A stretch of DNA of 64,000 nt from Fibrobacterota bacterium. GTDB lineage: Bacteria; Fibrobacterota; Fibrobacteria; UBA11236. Below the pieces are notes generated by a model, which made no database searches, was not told the DNA's origin, and saw only the letters and a list, made by a program, of their open reading frames with translations. The translations under genes and the position numbers were made by a program. The number at the start of each line of letters is the position of its first letter. The stretch's first letter is position 1. The stretch spans positions 424,137 through 488,136 of the forward strand of contig CANKII010000002.1 of assembly GCA_947482115.1 (NCBI GenBank), written 5' to 3'. This document shows, one piece after another, positions 26,512-37,319 of the stretch.

Positions 26512-28545
26512 ATGTTCCGCCTCGAAGCCCCCTATAAACCCGCCGGGGATCAACCCGCCGCCATTGAGCGCATCGTTCAGGATTTTCGCGAAGGTGCGAA
26601 ATATGAAACCCTCCTGGGCGTGACCGGATCCGGCAAAACCTTCACCATGGCCAATGTGATCCAGCAATTGGACAAGCCCACGCTGGTGATTTCCCACAAC
26701 AAAACACTCGCGGCCCAGCTCTATCAGGAGTTCAAGGCATTTTTCCCGCACAATGCCGTCGAATATTTCGTCAGCTACTACGACTATTACCAGCCCGAAG
26801 CTTACATGCCGGTGACGGACACTTACATCGAAAAGGACTCCGCCCGCAACGAGGAAATCGACAAGCTGCGTTTGCGCGCCACGGCATCGCTCATGTCCCG
26901 CAAGGATGTGGTCGTAGTGTCTTCCGTTTCTTGCATTTACGGATTGGGCGCACCTGCCGAATACAAGAAGATGATGGTGGAAGTCAAAGTGGGGCAGGGT
27001 GAGGGCCGCGAAGCCCTGATGCGCCGCCTCATCGAAGTGTATTATGCCCGCAACGATTTTGAATTCAAACGCGCGACCTTTCGCGCACGCGGTGATGTGG
27101 TGGAAGTACGTCCGGCTTATGATGACTTTGCGTATCGCATCGAATTTTTTGGCGATGAAGTGGAGCGCATTCGCCGCATCCATATTCTCACCGGAGAAGA
27201 AGAAGCTGAGTTTCAGGAAGTTCTCATTTATCCTGCGCGGCATTATGTGACCAGTGAAATGGGCATGGAACGGGTGTTGAAGGACATTCGTTTGGAACTG
27301 GACGAACAGGGCCGCAAGTTCACTGCTGAGGGGAAGCTGCTGGAAGCGCAGCGTTTGAACCAGCGCACCATGTTCGATCTGGAAATGTTGAAAGAAGTCG
27401 GATATTGTTCCGGCGTCGAGAATTACAGTCGCATCATTGAAAATCGTCCCATCGGCTCCCCGCCTTCCACTCTCATGGATTTCTTTGGGGACGATTATCT
27501 CCTCATCATCGATGAATCGCATGTGTCCATGCCGCAAATTCGCGCCATGTACAATGGCGATCGCGCCCGCAAGGAAAGTCTTGTGAATTACGGTTTTCGT
27601 TTGCCCTGCGCGCTGGACAATCGCCCTTTAAAGTTTGACGAGTTCGAAGCACGCATGCCGCCGTCGCTTTTCGTGTCTGCCACACCTGCGGATTATGAGC
27701 TGGAAAAGTGCGGGGGAGTGGTGGTGGAACAGGTGATTCGCCCCACCGGTCTGCTCGATCCGGAGGTGGAGGTTCGTCCCATCAAAGGGCAAATCGACGA
27801 CATTCTGCATGAAATTCACAAACGGGTTCAGGTGCATGAGCGCGTACTCATCACGACTTTGACCAAGCGCAGTGCCGAGGATCTCACCGAGTTCCTCAAG
27901 AACGCCGGCCTCAAGGTGAGTTATATGCACTCCGATACCGACACCATGGCGCGAACGGAAATCATCCGCGAATTACGCGAGGGAATCATCGATGTATTGG
28001 TCGGCATCAATCTGTTGCGTGAGGGGTTGGATTTACCTGAAGTGTCCCTGATCGCGATTCTCGATGCGGACAAGGAAGGTTTCTTGCGCAGCAATCGCTC
28101 GCTTATCCAAACCATCGGTCGGGCGGCGCGCAATGTGCAGGGCAAGGTTTTACTTTACGCCGATCGTATCACGGACAGCATGCACTATGCCATGGAAGAG
28201 ACCCGGAAACGGCGGGAGAAGCAGGCGGCCCATAATCGGGAACACGGCATCACTCCCACCACCATTTTACGTGAAATTCACAGCCAATTGCAAATGGTAT
28301 CGGAGGAAGAATCCGAGGATCTTCGGAGTCTGCTGGTGGCCGAACAGGTGCAGGAATATGGAGTTGAAAATCTGGAGGATTTGCGGCGGGATATGAATGC
28401 CGCAGCCGATGCTCTGGAATTTGAACGCGCCGCGCTGCTTCGGGACCGGATTAAAGAGATTGAAGGTGATGAAAAACACCAAAATAAAGGGAAAAACGCC
28501 GGAAAAGGGCCTTTAAAATCTTCCAAACGCGTCATTTCCCTTTGA
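26512..28545 (+). CDS. uvrB: Excinuclease ABC subunit B
   Basis: F.L..PYKPAGDQP.AI, Walker A GVTGSGKTFTMANVI, DESH, and a C-terminal UVR motif (ALEFERAALLRDRIKEIE). Confidence 0.97.
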   Translation: MFRLEAPYKPAGDQPAAIERIVQDFREGAKYETLLGVTGSGKTFTMANVIQQLDKPTLVISHNKTLAAQLYQEFKAFFPHNAVEYFVSYYDYYQPEAYMPVTDTYIEKDSARNEEIDKLRLRATASLMSRKDVVVVSSVSCIYGLGAPAEYKKMMVEVKVGQGEGREALMRRLIEVYYARNDFEFKRATFRARGDVVEVRPAYDDFAYRIEFFGDEVERIRRIHILTGEEEAEFQEVLIYPARHYVTSEMGMERVLKDIRLELDEQGRKFTAEGKLLEAQRLNQRTMFDLEMLKEVGYCSGVENYSRIIENRPIGSPPSTLMDFFGDDYLLIIDESHVSMPQIRAMYNGDRARKESLVNYGFRLPCALDNRPLKFDEFEARMPPSLFVSATPADYELEKCGGVVVEQVIRPTGLLDPEVEVRPIKGQIDDILHEIHKRVQVHERVLITTLTKRSAEDLTEFLKNAGLKVSYMHSDTDTMARTEIIRELREGIIDVLVGINLLREGLDLPEVSLIAILDADKEGFLRSNRSLIQTIGRAARNVQGKVLLYADRITDSMHYAMEETRKRREKQAAHNREHGITPTTILREIHSQLQMVSEEESEDLRSLLVAEQVQEYGVENLEDLRRDMNAAADALEFERAALLRDRIKEIEGDEKHQNKGKNAGKGPLKSSKRVISL

Positions 28546-28614
28546 ATTTGGTTGTATTTTTATCCGCGCTTTGACATTCATAGTCAATTCGAAACCTTTT
28601 CCAGGAGAAATCAC

Positions 28615-29214
28615 ATGAACATTCTTTCCACCAAAAAAGTTTTAGCTGGTGCTTTGGTCGTCTTGGGCTTGTCCATGACGAGCACCCTCACAGGTTGTCT
28701 CACCGATGACAAAAAAGACACCGCTCCCGTTGATACGTCTCACCACACGGCTTGGGGTACCTCGATGACCGCGAATCTCGGTGCACAAGCCCATCCGACA
28801 TTGGGCTCCGTTCTTGATTTGGATTCCGGCAAAGTATGGCTATCTGCTGTGGCAAATCAGAATCAGGCGAAAATCGACCTCGTTTACCTTTATTACAACA
28901 ATGCGGCCCATTTGGACGGTGCTCGTGCCGCCCGGGATTCCGGCGCTAAATACACAATCAATCTTACGAACACCTATGATACGACCAAAGTAAAGGATAT
29001 CATGATGGTGAAGGTGACTGCAAAACCCGCTGATCAGGAAGCTGGAAGAACCGCATATACCGCGGGTTCGCTGATCCGCTCCACTACCATTGCTGCCGGC
29101 GACAAGTTCGTCGTGAAGACGACCGAAGGCAAGTACACTTATGTCGAGATTACCGCTATTGCGGGAACGACGGCGGGTACTGCTGACGTGTCGTTTATAA
29201 TGGGATCCCTCTAA
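28615..29214 (+). CDS. Lipoprotein, function unknown
   Basis: AGGAGA RBS upstream of ATG 28615. Lipobox LTGC. The track start (28552) is an upstream extension. Confidence 0.65.
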   Translation: MNILSTKKVLAGALVVLGLSMTSTLTGCLTDDKKDTAPVDTSHHTAWGTSMTANLGAQAHPTLGSVLDLDSGKVWLSAVANQNQAKIDLVYLYYNNAAHLDGARAARDSGAKYTINLTNTYDTTKVKDIMMVKVTAKPADQEAGRTAYTAGSLIRSTTIAAGDKFVVKTTEGKYTYVEITAIAGTTAGTADVSFIMGSL

Positions 29215-29239
29215 AATCAATTCGACATTTGGAATTGAA

Positions 29240-29270
29240 CGTCATCTCCTTTGGGGGATGGCGTTTTTTA
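29240..29270 (+). terminator. Rho-independent terminator
   Basis: cgtcatctcc-tttg-ggggatggcg followed by tttttt (two G-U pairs in the stem). Confidence 0.7.
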
Positions 29271-29335
29271 TTTCCCACCCACTGACTTGCTAATTTCTTC
29301 CCTCAAGTCGTTGAATTCGTGTTCAAGGAGATCCT

Positions 29336-32068
29336 GTGAAAATTGCCAAACGAATCATTCTGGTCGGAATCCTCCTCGTCGTCTTGCTATATGCGGGGCT
29401 GTATGTGGGAGTGAAGATCGCGCTGCCTCCCTCCAAGATTCGTGAAATTATTCACACCAGGGGGACGGAAGCCCTCGGCCGTTCCGTGGATGTGGGGGAC
29501 ATCAGTGTTCATATTTTCCCCACCCTCAAGCTTGCTATCAACGATATCGTCGTGGCAAATGCGCCGGGGTTCTCCAAGGAACCGCTGATCAAGCTGGGTG
29601 AAGTGGATTTTTCGCTGAGCCTGCTTTCCCTGCTGCACTTCTCGCCCGTGATCGACGAGATCAAATTGCTGTCTCCGGAAATTCTTTATGAAGTGAATGC
29701 TTCGGGTCACAGCAATCTGGAAGGCATTGGTAAGACGGACACATCAGCACCAAAGGCTCCGGAACCTTCTGCCGCCCCTTCCGCTTCCGAAGCAAAAGCG
29801 CCGGAACTTCCCGTGGCGCTGCTGCTGAAATCTTTTGTGATCATGGACGGAAAAGTCCGTTATCTGGACGCCTCATCCGGTCGTGAGATTTCAATGGGAA
29901 GCATCCAGCAAAAAGCATCTCTCGACCTCGATCTGCAACTTCAGGATGTATTGAGCAAGGGTCTCTTGGAGATCAATGAGATCAGCGTGAAGGATTCCGC
30001 CTCCGCTTTGCGCAAGGGCGGCATCCGCGTTTCCATCTCTCATGACATTCGTCTGGATCTTCCCGGCGAAAATCTGCGTCTGAATAAAATCGAGATGTCC
30101 TTCCAGGATATCCATGTGAGCATTGACGGTTCCGTCAGTCATTTTAAAACCAAACCCGTATTGGACTTGAACATCTCTGCGCCTTCCATCTCCCTCGCTT
30201 CGGTACTCAAGGAAGTTCCGGCCGCGTTGTCTCCCGATGTTCCCAAGCTCAAGGCGGAAGGAACGGCTTCCTTGCAGGCTCATATTCAGGGCGCGTTGGA
30301 TACCGGTTCCATGCCGGAGGTCGATGCGACTTTCAAAATCAGCGGCGGTGCGGTGCATCACGCCGATCTTCCTCTTGGAGTCGAACATCTTGAAATGGAT
30401 GCGGCATTGCACGGGGAATCTCTGAATCTCACAAAGCTGACTTTTGACATGGGTCAAAATCCGGTGCGAGTGGAAGTGCTGGTTTCACAGCTTCGCGACA
30501 AGATTCCCCAACTGGAAAAATTGTCCGTGGATGCGGTGTTGGATCTCGGCGGTTTGGCGGCGCTTGCACAGCGCATGGGAATGCTCGACAAGGACATTCA
30601 CCTTGCCGGAATGGAAACGATCAAATTGCAGGCTTCCGGCCCCATGGATGCTGCGAATCCGCAGAAGCTTTCCGCGACGGGAACGGTGGACTTGAAAAAC
30701 GTTTCGCTGTCCCTGCCTGAAAAACCGTCCATGACATTCACCGGACATGTGGACATCGCCAACGAGCGCATCCGGGAACAACTGGCCGCGAAGATCGGGA
30801 AATCCGACGTGACCGTGAACGGGGATGTGACGAATTATCTCCCGTTGGTTTTGCAAAAGAAGATTTCGGGTTTCCGAACTCGTGTCAAGTTGGATGTGCG
30901 CTCCGGAATTCTGGATCTCGACGAATTGCTGCCGAAGCCCTCTCCGGAAGATACCGTGGAGACCGCAGCAGTTACGCCGGTCATCACCGAATATCCGCCA
31001 CCACCACCTGTGGACGGCGACATCACCGTGACTTTGGGAAGCACGCGTTTGATGGGATTGGAGATGACGCAATTCCAGATGCAAACTTCGCTGCGGCCCG
31101 GCGAAGTCAAGTCGGACTTGAAGGGGAATCTTTACAGCGGAGGATTTTCATCCTCCGTGCGCGCCGCCGTTCAAAATTCCAAGGACATGAATGTCTTTTT
31201 CAAAGCGAATGTCAATCATGTGGAGGCCAATGATTTCATTTCGCGCCTCAACGACCGCGTGCCGCTGAAAAGCCGGTTGTTCAAATCCATTGCCCGCCAA
31301 AGCGACAACCTCATCTACGGAAAACTCAACCTGAATGCCGATTTGACGACTCACGGCCTTCCGCATCAATTCGCGAACAATCTCAGCGGCACGGTGCTCG
31401 CCGCCCTCACCGACGGGAAGATCATGGAGTCCGGGCTTACGAAAAATCTTTCCAGTGCCCTTTCCAAAGTCAATTCCTCACTCGGATTCAAGGAGCTGGC
31501 GTTCAGCGAATTGAAAGCGGACCTGAAGGTGGAGAATGGGAATTTATGGGTGCGCGATTTCCATGTCCAAGCCTCGGCGTTGGGAGGAGCGCAGGCTTCC
31601 GGAAAAATCGGTTTCGACAATGCACTGGATCTGAATTTGACGCAAAGCCTGCCACCCGGCGTTTCCAAAATGGTGGGTGGGGCGACCGGTGCGTTGACCG
31701 GACAGCTGGCCAAACTGGCATCCGTGCCGCAACTTGCAAACGCCTCCCTCGTGCCCATGGATAAAAGTGGACATGCGTTATTGTATTACCTCGTGGGTGG
31801 AACTCTCACGCAGCCAACCTTTTCTCTCGATGCAGGGCGCATGGCCAAAGAGGGTACTGGAAATGCCAAATCCGCTTTGGAAGATGCATTGCGCCAGAAG
31901 CAAAACGAATTGAAGGCAAGAGCGGAGGCCGAGAAACAGAAACTTGAAGCGGAAGCCCGGGCGCGCATCGAAGCGGAGAAGAAAAAAGCCGTGGACAAGG
32001 CCAAAACCGAGGGCGCGAATCAAGTCAAGCAACAGGGAAAGAAACTGTTGAAGAACATTGGACTGTAA
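29336..32068 (+). CDS. AsmA-family outer-membrane biogenesis protein
   Basis: N-terminal TM anchor, then the AsmA-like start (..GDISVHIFPTLKLAINDIVVANAPGF..EPLIKLGEVDFSLSLLSLL). Long beta-rich body and a charged coiled C-terminal tail. Confidence 0.75.
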   Translation: MKIAKRIILVGILLVVLLYAGLYVGVKIALPPSKIREIIHTRGTEALGRSVDVGDISVHIFPTLKLAINDIVVANAPGFSKEPLIKLGEVDFSLSLLSLLHFSPVIDEIKLLSPEILYEVNASGHSNLEGIGKTDTSAPKAPEPSAAPSASEAKAPELPVALLLKSFVIMDGKVRYLDASSGREISMGSIQQKASLDLDLQLQDVLSKGLLEINEISVKDSASALRKGGIRVSISHDIRLDLPGENLRLNKIEMSFQDIHVSIDGSVSHFKTKPVLDLNISAPSISLASVLKEVPAALSPDVPKLKAEGTASLQAHIQGALDTGSMPEVDATFKISGGAVHHADLPLGVEHLEMDAALHGESLNLTKLTFDMGQNPVRVEVLVSQLRDKIPQLEKLSVDAVLDLGGLAALAQRMGMLDKDIHLAGMETIKLQASGPMDAANPQKLSATGTVDLKNVSLSLPEKPSMTFTGHVDIANERIREQLAAKIGKSDVTVNGDVTNYLPLVLQKKISGFRTRVKLDVRSGILDLDELLPKPSPEDTVETAAVTPVITEYPPPPPVDGDITVTLGSTRLMGLEMTQFQMQTSLRPGEVKSDLKGNLYSGGFSSSVRAAVQNSKDMNVFFKANVNHVEANDFISRLNDRVPLKSRLFKSIARQSDNLIYGKLNLNADLTTHGLPHQFANNLSGTVLAALTDGKIMESGLTKNLSSALSKVNSSLGFKELAFSELKADLKVENGNLWVRDFHVQASALGGAQASGKIGFDNALDLNLTQSLPPGVSKMVGGATGALTGQLAKLASVPQLANASLVPMDKSGHALLYYLVGGTLTQPTFSLDAGRMAKEGTGNAKSALEDALRQKQNELKARAEAEKQKLEAEARARIEAEKKKAVDKAKTEGANQVKQQGKKLLKNIGL

Positions 32069-32089
32069 TTCTGGTCGGCGGGGGCTTCG

Positions 32090-32179
32090 TGGCGGAAGAG
32101 GTGAGATTTGAACTCACGTTACAGTTACCCGTAAATCAGTTTTCGAGACTGACGCCTTAAACCGCTCGGCCACCCTTCC
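32090..32179 (-). tRNA. tRNA-Ser (anticodon CGA), class II with a long variable arm, CCA encoded
   Basis: Manual fold. Acceptor GGAAGGG/CTCTTCC (one G-U). Anticodon stem TCAGT/ACTGA with loop CTCGAAA. Variable arm TTACGG-GTAA-CTGTAA. T-arm GTGAG-TTCAAAT-CTCAC. Ends in G-CCA. Confidence 0.9.
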
Positions 32180-32298
32180 AGTAACCACGAAGGGGTGGAA
32201 TTTTAGCAAAGATGCGCCTTTATTGTTCAGACTTTATTCACGGGGTTGCCTAGCGCGTGCATGAATGCTAAGCTCAAAGAGCCATTTAAACCGCGCTT

Positions 32299-34464
32299 AT
32301 GGAATTAAAAAATCCCATCCCGGATTCACGGACCCAATGGACCGTCGAACCCACTGATTCCGCTTTGTTGGGGGCTGAAGTTCTGCGCCACGGGGTGCGT
32401 TTCGGGGTGTATTCCCGCCACGCCCGCCGGATTTTGATCGCCCTGTTTCGTGAAGGCGATGTCGATCCGGTTCAAGTGCTTCCCCTTCCATCCTGCCACG
32501 GACACGTGTTTCAAGGATTTATTCCCGGACTGAAACCCGGTTGGCTGTATGGATTCCATGCCGAGGGGCCTTTTGACCCGAAACAGGGTCAGCGTTTCAA
32601 TCCGAAAAAGTTTTTGATCGACCCCTACGCCCGTGCCCTGCACGGAAAGTTCCTCAATCCCGAGGGGGTTCTCGCCGGGTACGCTCCCGATGTGGAGGAC
32701 GCAGATCTTTTTCTCGATCATCGCCCCAGTCATCCCTTCATGCCGAAATGCGTGATTACGGAAAGTCGCTTTGACTGGCAGGATGTTCGTCCGCCGGAAC
32801 TAACTCGTGATCGGCTGGTGATTTATGAAATGCATGTGCGGGGATTTACAGCGCATGAATCCTCCAAGGTTGCTTTTCCCGGAACCTTTCTGGGTGTGAT
32901 CGAAAAAATTCCCCATCTCAAATCTTTGGGCATCAATGCAGTGGAATTACTGCCCGTGCATGCGAAACATTCCGAGGAATTGCTGACCCGCAGGGGATTG
33001 TCGAATTACTGGGGCTACAATACCGCCGCATTTTTCGCGCTTGATCCTGTTTTCGGAAGTGGAAAATATCCCGGTTGTGAAATCGACGAATTCAAACTCA
33101 TGGTTCGCGAATTGCATCGCGCCGGCATCGAAGTTCTTCTCGATGTGGTTTATAATCACAGCGCCGAGGGTAACGAATTGGGGCCCACCTTGTCCTTGCG
33201 TGGACTGGACAATCGATCCTATTACTCATTGACAGGATCCGAAGAAGCCCCTTTCCGCCATTATCGCAATCATACCGGTTGCGGGAACACCCTCGACTTC
33301 GGGAATCCCGCCGTGGTGAAATTGACGCTGGATTCACTGCGGTATTTCGTCGAGGAGTTTCATGTGGACGGATTCCGGTTTGATCTCGCCACGGTGCTGG
33401 GGCGTGAGGGCGGTGGCGCTTTCGATCCTGCGGCTTCTTTTTTCACCGCTGCCGCGCAGGATCCCGCTTTGCGAAAAACCAAGCTCATCTCAGAGCCGTG
33501 GGATTTGGACACGTATGCGCTGGGCCGCTTTCCCGACGGCTGGATGGAGTGGAACGGCGCTTTCCGGGATGTGACGCGGCGCTGGGTTCGCGGTGATTCC
33601 CACGCGTTAGGTGAGTTGCGCGAGAGGCTCGAGGGTTCCCCGGATCTTTATGAACCGAGGGGTAGGGAGCCTTGGAGCACGGTGAACTTCGTGACCTGCC
33701 ATGACGGATTCACTTTGCGCGATTTGGTCAGCTATGAACACAAGCATAATGAGGCCAATGGCGAAGATAATTGGGACGGCACCAATGAGAACCTCAGCTC
33801 CAATGGCGGGCATGAAGGTGAAGGCGCAACTGTTGAAGTGGAAGCTCTGCGCGATCGTCAGATTCGCAACGCCATTCTGCTGGCTGTACTGGCGCGAGGC
33901 ACGCCGATGCTTTTGGGCGGGGATGAGTTTCGCAGAACGCAGGGCGGAAACAACAACGCTTATTGTCAGGACACCCCGGTTTCGTGGTATGACTGGAGCC
34001 ACGTTGAGGCGCAATCGAAATTCGTTCGTTTTTTTCAGCAGGTGCTGGCGTGGAGAAATAAAATCGGAATTTCCAATACTTGGGAATCGGTTTCAAATCG
34101 AGGGTGGGGACGTTGCTGGCAGGGTTGGGATGCAGCGGGAAGACCGTGGCCGGAAGACAGTGTGCCCCACACACGACATGCTGCTTTTCTGTTGCGAGAG
34201 CCCACGGAGGGACCTTTTCAGAATCGTGTGGAGCCCGGTGAAAATTCACTGCAGGCTTATCTGTTGCTGAATTCGGAGGGAGAAGAGAAAGTCTTCAATC
34301 TTCCCGCCTTGCCACCTTCATGGCATTGGATTCGGGTCGTGGATACCGCTTTGGCGTCTCCGCAGGATATTGAACCGGCGGGAAAAGGTTTCTCCCTCCC
34401 GGTTGGAGACCGCTATCCGGTCGTTTCCCATTCTTCCGTACTATTGCTTTTATCTAAATTCTGA
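32299..34464 (+). CDS. glgX: Glycogen debranching enzyme GlgX (GH13 isoamylase-type)
   Basis: CBM48-like N-terminus, IYEMHVRGFT, GFRFDLA, EPWD and FVTCHDGFTL. Confidence 0.92.
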   Translation: MELKNPIPDSRTQWTVEPTDSALLGAEVLRHGVRFGVYSRHARRILIALFREGDVDPVQVLPLPSCHGHVFQGFIPGLKPGWLYGFHAEGPFDPKQGQRFNPKKFLIDPYARALHGKFLNPEGVLAGYAPDVEDADLFLDHRPSHPFMPKCVITESRFDWQDVRPPELTRDRLVIYEMHVRGFTAHESSKVAFPGTFLGVIEKIPHLKSLGINAVELLPVHAKHSEELLTRRGLSNYWGYNTAAFFALDPVFGSGKYPGCEIDEFKLMVRELHRAGIEVLLDVVYNHSAEGNELGPTLSLRGLDNRSYYSLTGSEEAPFRHYRNHTGCGNTLDFGNPAVVKLTLDSLRYFVEEFHVDGFRFDLATVLGREGGGAFDPAASFFTAAAQDPALRKTKLISEPWDLDTYALGRFPDGWMEWNGAFRDVTRRWVRGDSHALGELRERLEGSPDLYEPRGREPWSTVNFVTCHDGFTLRDLVSYEHKHNEANGEDNWDGTNENLSSNGGHEGEGATVEVEALRDRQIRNAILLAVLARGTPMLLGGDEFRRTQGGNNNAYCQDTPVSWYDWSHVEAQSKFVRFFQQVLAWRNKIGISNTWESVSNRGWGRCWQGWDAAGRPWPEDSVPHTRHAAFLLREPTEGPFQNRVEPGENSLQAYLLLNSEGEEKVFNLPALPPSWHWIRVVDTALASPQDIEPAGKGFSLPVGDRYPVVSHSSVLLLLSKF

Positions 34465-34506
34465 ACGCTTTGAATATCACGTATACCACGGCCAAGAAAG
34501 CCCTGT

Positions 34507-36540
34507 ATGCCTCCTAAACGGCAACTGAATCCTCTCCAGTGGCTGAAGATTTGGGTTTTGGGCCGCTCCCTAAACCCTGAAGATTCCAAAATCTTTCACA
34601 ACCTGACCCTGATCGCCTTTTTTGCGTGGGTGGGGTTGGGAGCCGACGGGCTTTCCAGCTCGGCTTATGGTCCCGAAGAAGCTTTCCGGGCTTTGGGCGA
34701 ACACAGCCGCCTCGGAATTTTCGTGGCTCTCGGTTCTGCGCTCACCGTGCTTGTCATTTCCGCCAGCTATTCCCATCTCATCGAATTGTTTCCGGCTGGT
34801 GGTGGCGGATATCTCGTGGCCAGCAAATTGTTGGGGCCGCGGTGGGGCATGGTTTCAGGTTGTGCCCTGTTGGTGGATTATGTCCTGACGATCACCATTT
34901 CCGTGGCATCGGGAGCGGATGCGATTTTCAGTTTTCTTCCCGCCCATTTGCTGCACTACAAATTGCTCTTCAATTTTCTGATGCTTTTCCTGCTGATCGT
35001 CATGAATTTGCGGGGTATCAAGGAATCCGTGGTTCCGCTGGTTCCCATTTTTCTGATCTTCGTCTTCACTCATGCCTTCGCCGTCATTTACGGCATCTCG
35101 GGACATTTGTGGGAATTTCCAGCCTTGGTTCGCGATACCGGACATGATTTCCATTCGACCTATCAACAACTCGGCCTGTTTGGAATCCTCGCGCTGTTGT
35201 TGCGTTCCTACTCCATGGGCGCCGGTACGTACACTGGAATTGAAGCGGTCAGCAATGGCATGCCGCTATTGCGCGAGCCAAGAGTGAGAACGGGAAAGCG
35301 CACCATGCTTTACATGGCCGCATCCCTTGCCTTCATGGTGTTAGGTCTCATGGCGTGTTATGTGTTTTACAGCCTGCAACCGGTTCCCGGGAAAACCCTC
35401 AACGCAGTGTTGTTTACCACGCTCACGGCATCCTGGTCTTCGGGCTCGGCCCATACTTTTGTCTGGGTCTCTCTTTTCACGGAAGCTGCCATTTTGTTTG
35501 TCGCCGCACAAGCGGGGTTTTTGGGCGGTCCGCGCGTGCTGGCCAACATGGCTCTGGATCGCTGGTTTCCCACCCGCTTCACTTTGTTGAGCGACCGGCT
35601 CGTGACGCAGAATGGCGTATTGATTATGGGAATCGCCGCGGCGATTCTTTTGCTGGTCACTCGGGCTTCCGTGGCCTTCCTCGTGGTGCTTTACTCGATT
35701 ACGGTGTTCATCACCTTTGTGCTTTCACAGGCGGGGTTGGTCCGCTATTGGTGGGAAAACCGGCGGCAGGGGCATTGGAAGCGGCGACTCCTCACCAGTT
35801 TGACCGCGCTACTGCTCTGTTCTTTCATCCTCGTGATGATGACGATTTTCAAATTCTTTGAGGGCGGCTGGATCACTTTGATTATCCTCCTGCTCTTAAT
35901 CGGTTTGGCATTGCTGGTGCGCAGTCATTACGACACGGTGGGCCGGCACTTGAAGCGCATGGACAATCTGGTGCAGGCCGCACGGCTTTCCGCCATCAAC
36001 AGTTCCATCGGTAAAATCATGCACGCGGACGGTGCGGAAGGCGCTGAGGTCAAGGCTCCCGCGTACGATCCCAAGGCGAAGACGGCCGTGCTTTTTGTTT
36101 CCGGATTCGATGGACTCGGATTGCACACCTTGTTTTCCATCATCCGTCTTTTTGGTGGCATCTACAAGAACTTTGTCTTTGTGGAAATTGGCCTGATCGA
36201 TGCGGGAAATTTCAAAGGTGAAGACGAGATTGAGAATTTGAAAAAACATGTGGACGTCGAACTCAATGAATATGTGGAGTTCATCCGCCGCCACGGTTAT
36301 TACGGGGAAGGAATCTCGGCATTGAGTCATGACATGGTGGAAGGTAGCGCTGAATTGGCGCCGCAAATCATGACCCGCTTTCCCCAAGCGGCGTTTTTCA
36401 TGGGCCAGCTGGTGTTTCCCGAGGAAAGTTTTGTCTCAAGATTGTTTTATAACAATGCCGTGTTCGCCGTGCAGCGACGGTTGTACCACTTGGGAATTCC
36501 GTTTTTGATTCTGCCGATCCGGGTCAAAGCCCGGGTTTAA
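34507..36540 (+). CDS. APC-superfamily permease with a large cytoplasmic C-terminal domain
   Basis: About 12 TM helices (GADGLSSSAYGPEE motif near TM1) plus a soluble tail of about 200 aa. The substrate cannot be assigned. Confidence 0.8.
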   Translation: MPPKRQLNPLQWLKIWVLGRSLNPEDSKIFHNLTLIAFFAWVGLGADGLSSSAYGPEEAFRALGEHSRLGIFVALGSALTVLVISASYSHLIELFPAGGGGYLVASKLLGPRWGMVSGCALLVDYVLTITISVASGADAIFSFLPAHLLHYKLLFNFLMLFLLIVMNLRGIKESVVPLVPIFLIFVFTHAFAVIYGISGHLWEFPALVRDTGHDFHSTYQQLGLFGILALLLRSYSMGAGTYTGIEAVSNGMPLLREPRVRTGKRTMLYMAASLAFMVLGLMACYVFYSLQPVPGKTLNAVLFTTLTASWSSGSAHTFVWVSLFTEAAILFVAAQAGFLGGPRVLANMALDRWFPTRFTLLSDRLVTQNGVLIMGIAAAILLLVTRASVAFLVVLYSITVFITFVLSQAGLVRYWWENRRQGHWKRRLLTSLTALLLCSFILVMMTIFKFFEGGWITLIILLLLIGLALLVRSHYDTVGRHLKRMDNLVQAARLSAINSSIGKIMHADGAEGAEVKAPAYDPKAKTAVLFVSGFDGLGLHTLFSIIRLFGGIYKNFVFVEIGLIDAGNFKGEDEIENLKKHVDVELNEYVEFIRRHGYYGEGISALSHDMVEGSAELAPQIMTRFPQAAFFMGQLVFPEESFVSRLFYNNAVFAVQRRLYHLGIPFLILPIRVKARV

Positions 36541-36543
36541 AAT

Positions 36544-36813
36544 TCAGGTCTTGGGGCTGCGCAGGAAGAAAAATCCAGTTAAGGCAAACATCGAGGCAAG
36601 TAACAGTATTTCGATTGCCAGGTTGGTGTTATGCGCGAAGGGCAGGTATGTGAAAGCCTGTTTTCCCACGAACAACAGCGGCGCCAGAAAGAAGAAAATT
36701 CCGTACAGCGCTTTGCGGCTTCCGCCATCTTCCTTGCGCAGGGTCGTGGCCCGGGAGCGTACCCACAGAAAACCGGCCAAAATACAGATTCCCAAAATCC
36801 AGCGATCCGTCAT
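36544..36813 (-). CDS. Small membrane protein, hypothetical
   Basis: 89 aa with three hydrophobic segments. No recognised family. Confidence 0.45.
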   Translation of the reverse strand: MTDRWILGICILAGFLWVRSRATTLRKEDGGSRKALYGIFFFLAPLLFVGKQAFTYLPFAHNTNLAIEILLLASMFALTGFFFLRSPKT

Positions 36814-36845
36814 GCTGGCAAAGTTAGTTTTTAAGGCGGAACATC

Positions 36846-37304
36846 ATGAAATGTCCTTATTGCCAGGTTGAAGAAGATAAGGTGGTCGACTCCCGCGGGA
36901 GTCGCAACGGCAAAGCCATTCGGCGGCGGCGCGAGTGTCTCGGTTGCGGTCGGCGCTATACCACCTATGAGTATGTGGAAATGGCTCCCTTCATCATCGT
37001 GAAAAGCGCGGGACAGCGTGAGCCGTATGAGCGGCAAAAAATTCTGGATGGATTGAAGATGGCCTGCACCAAGCGGCCTATTTCCGCCGAAGCCATTGAA
37101 CAGATGGCGGACAACATCGAGAATCAGCTGCAAACCATGGCCGACGGGGAAATCAGTTCCAAGCAGATCGGCGAACTGGCCATGCGCCAGCTTTATCAGG
37201 TGGATGAAGTCGCCTACATCCGGTTCGCATCGGTGTATCGCAAATTCAAGGAAGTGAAAGAATTTTTGGCGGAGATAAAAGCCCTTCAGCAAACCTACGG
37301 CTGA
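36846..37304 (+). CDS. nrdR: Transcriptional repressor NrdR
   Basis: MKCPYC..VVDSR......IRRRRECLGCGRRYTTYE zinc ribbon plus an ATP-cone. Confidence 0.95.
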   Translation: MKCPYCQVEEDKVVDSRGSRNGKAIRRRRECLGCGRRYTTYEYVEMAPFIIVKSAGQREPYERQKILDGLKMACTKRPISAEAIEQMADNIENQLQTMADGEISSKQIGELAMRQLYQVDEVAYIRFASVYRKFKEVKEFLAEIKALQQTYG

Positions 37305-37319
37305 AGGGCTCCCACGATT

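Noticed and set aside
26443-27537. 364-aa ORF on the - strand
   Set aside because: Antisense to uvrB, whose identity is unambiguous. It is a shadow ORF.
32069-32298. tRNA-Ser as a possible integration hotspot or genomic-island border
   Set aside because: The flanking genes are an asmA-like gene and glgX (housekeeping). I found no integrase, direct repeat of the tRNA 3' end or composition shift nearby.
36831-37292. 153-aa - strand ORF
   Set aside because: Antisense to nrdR, which is unambiguous.
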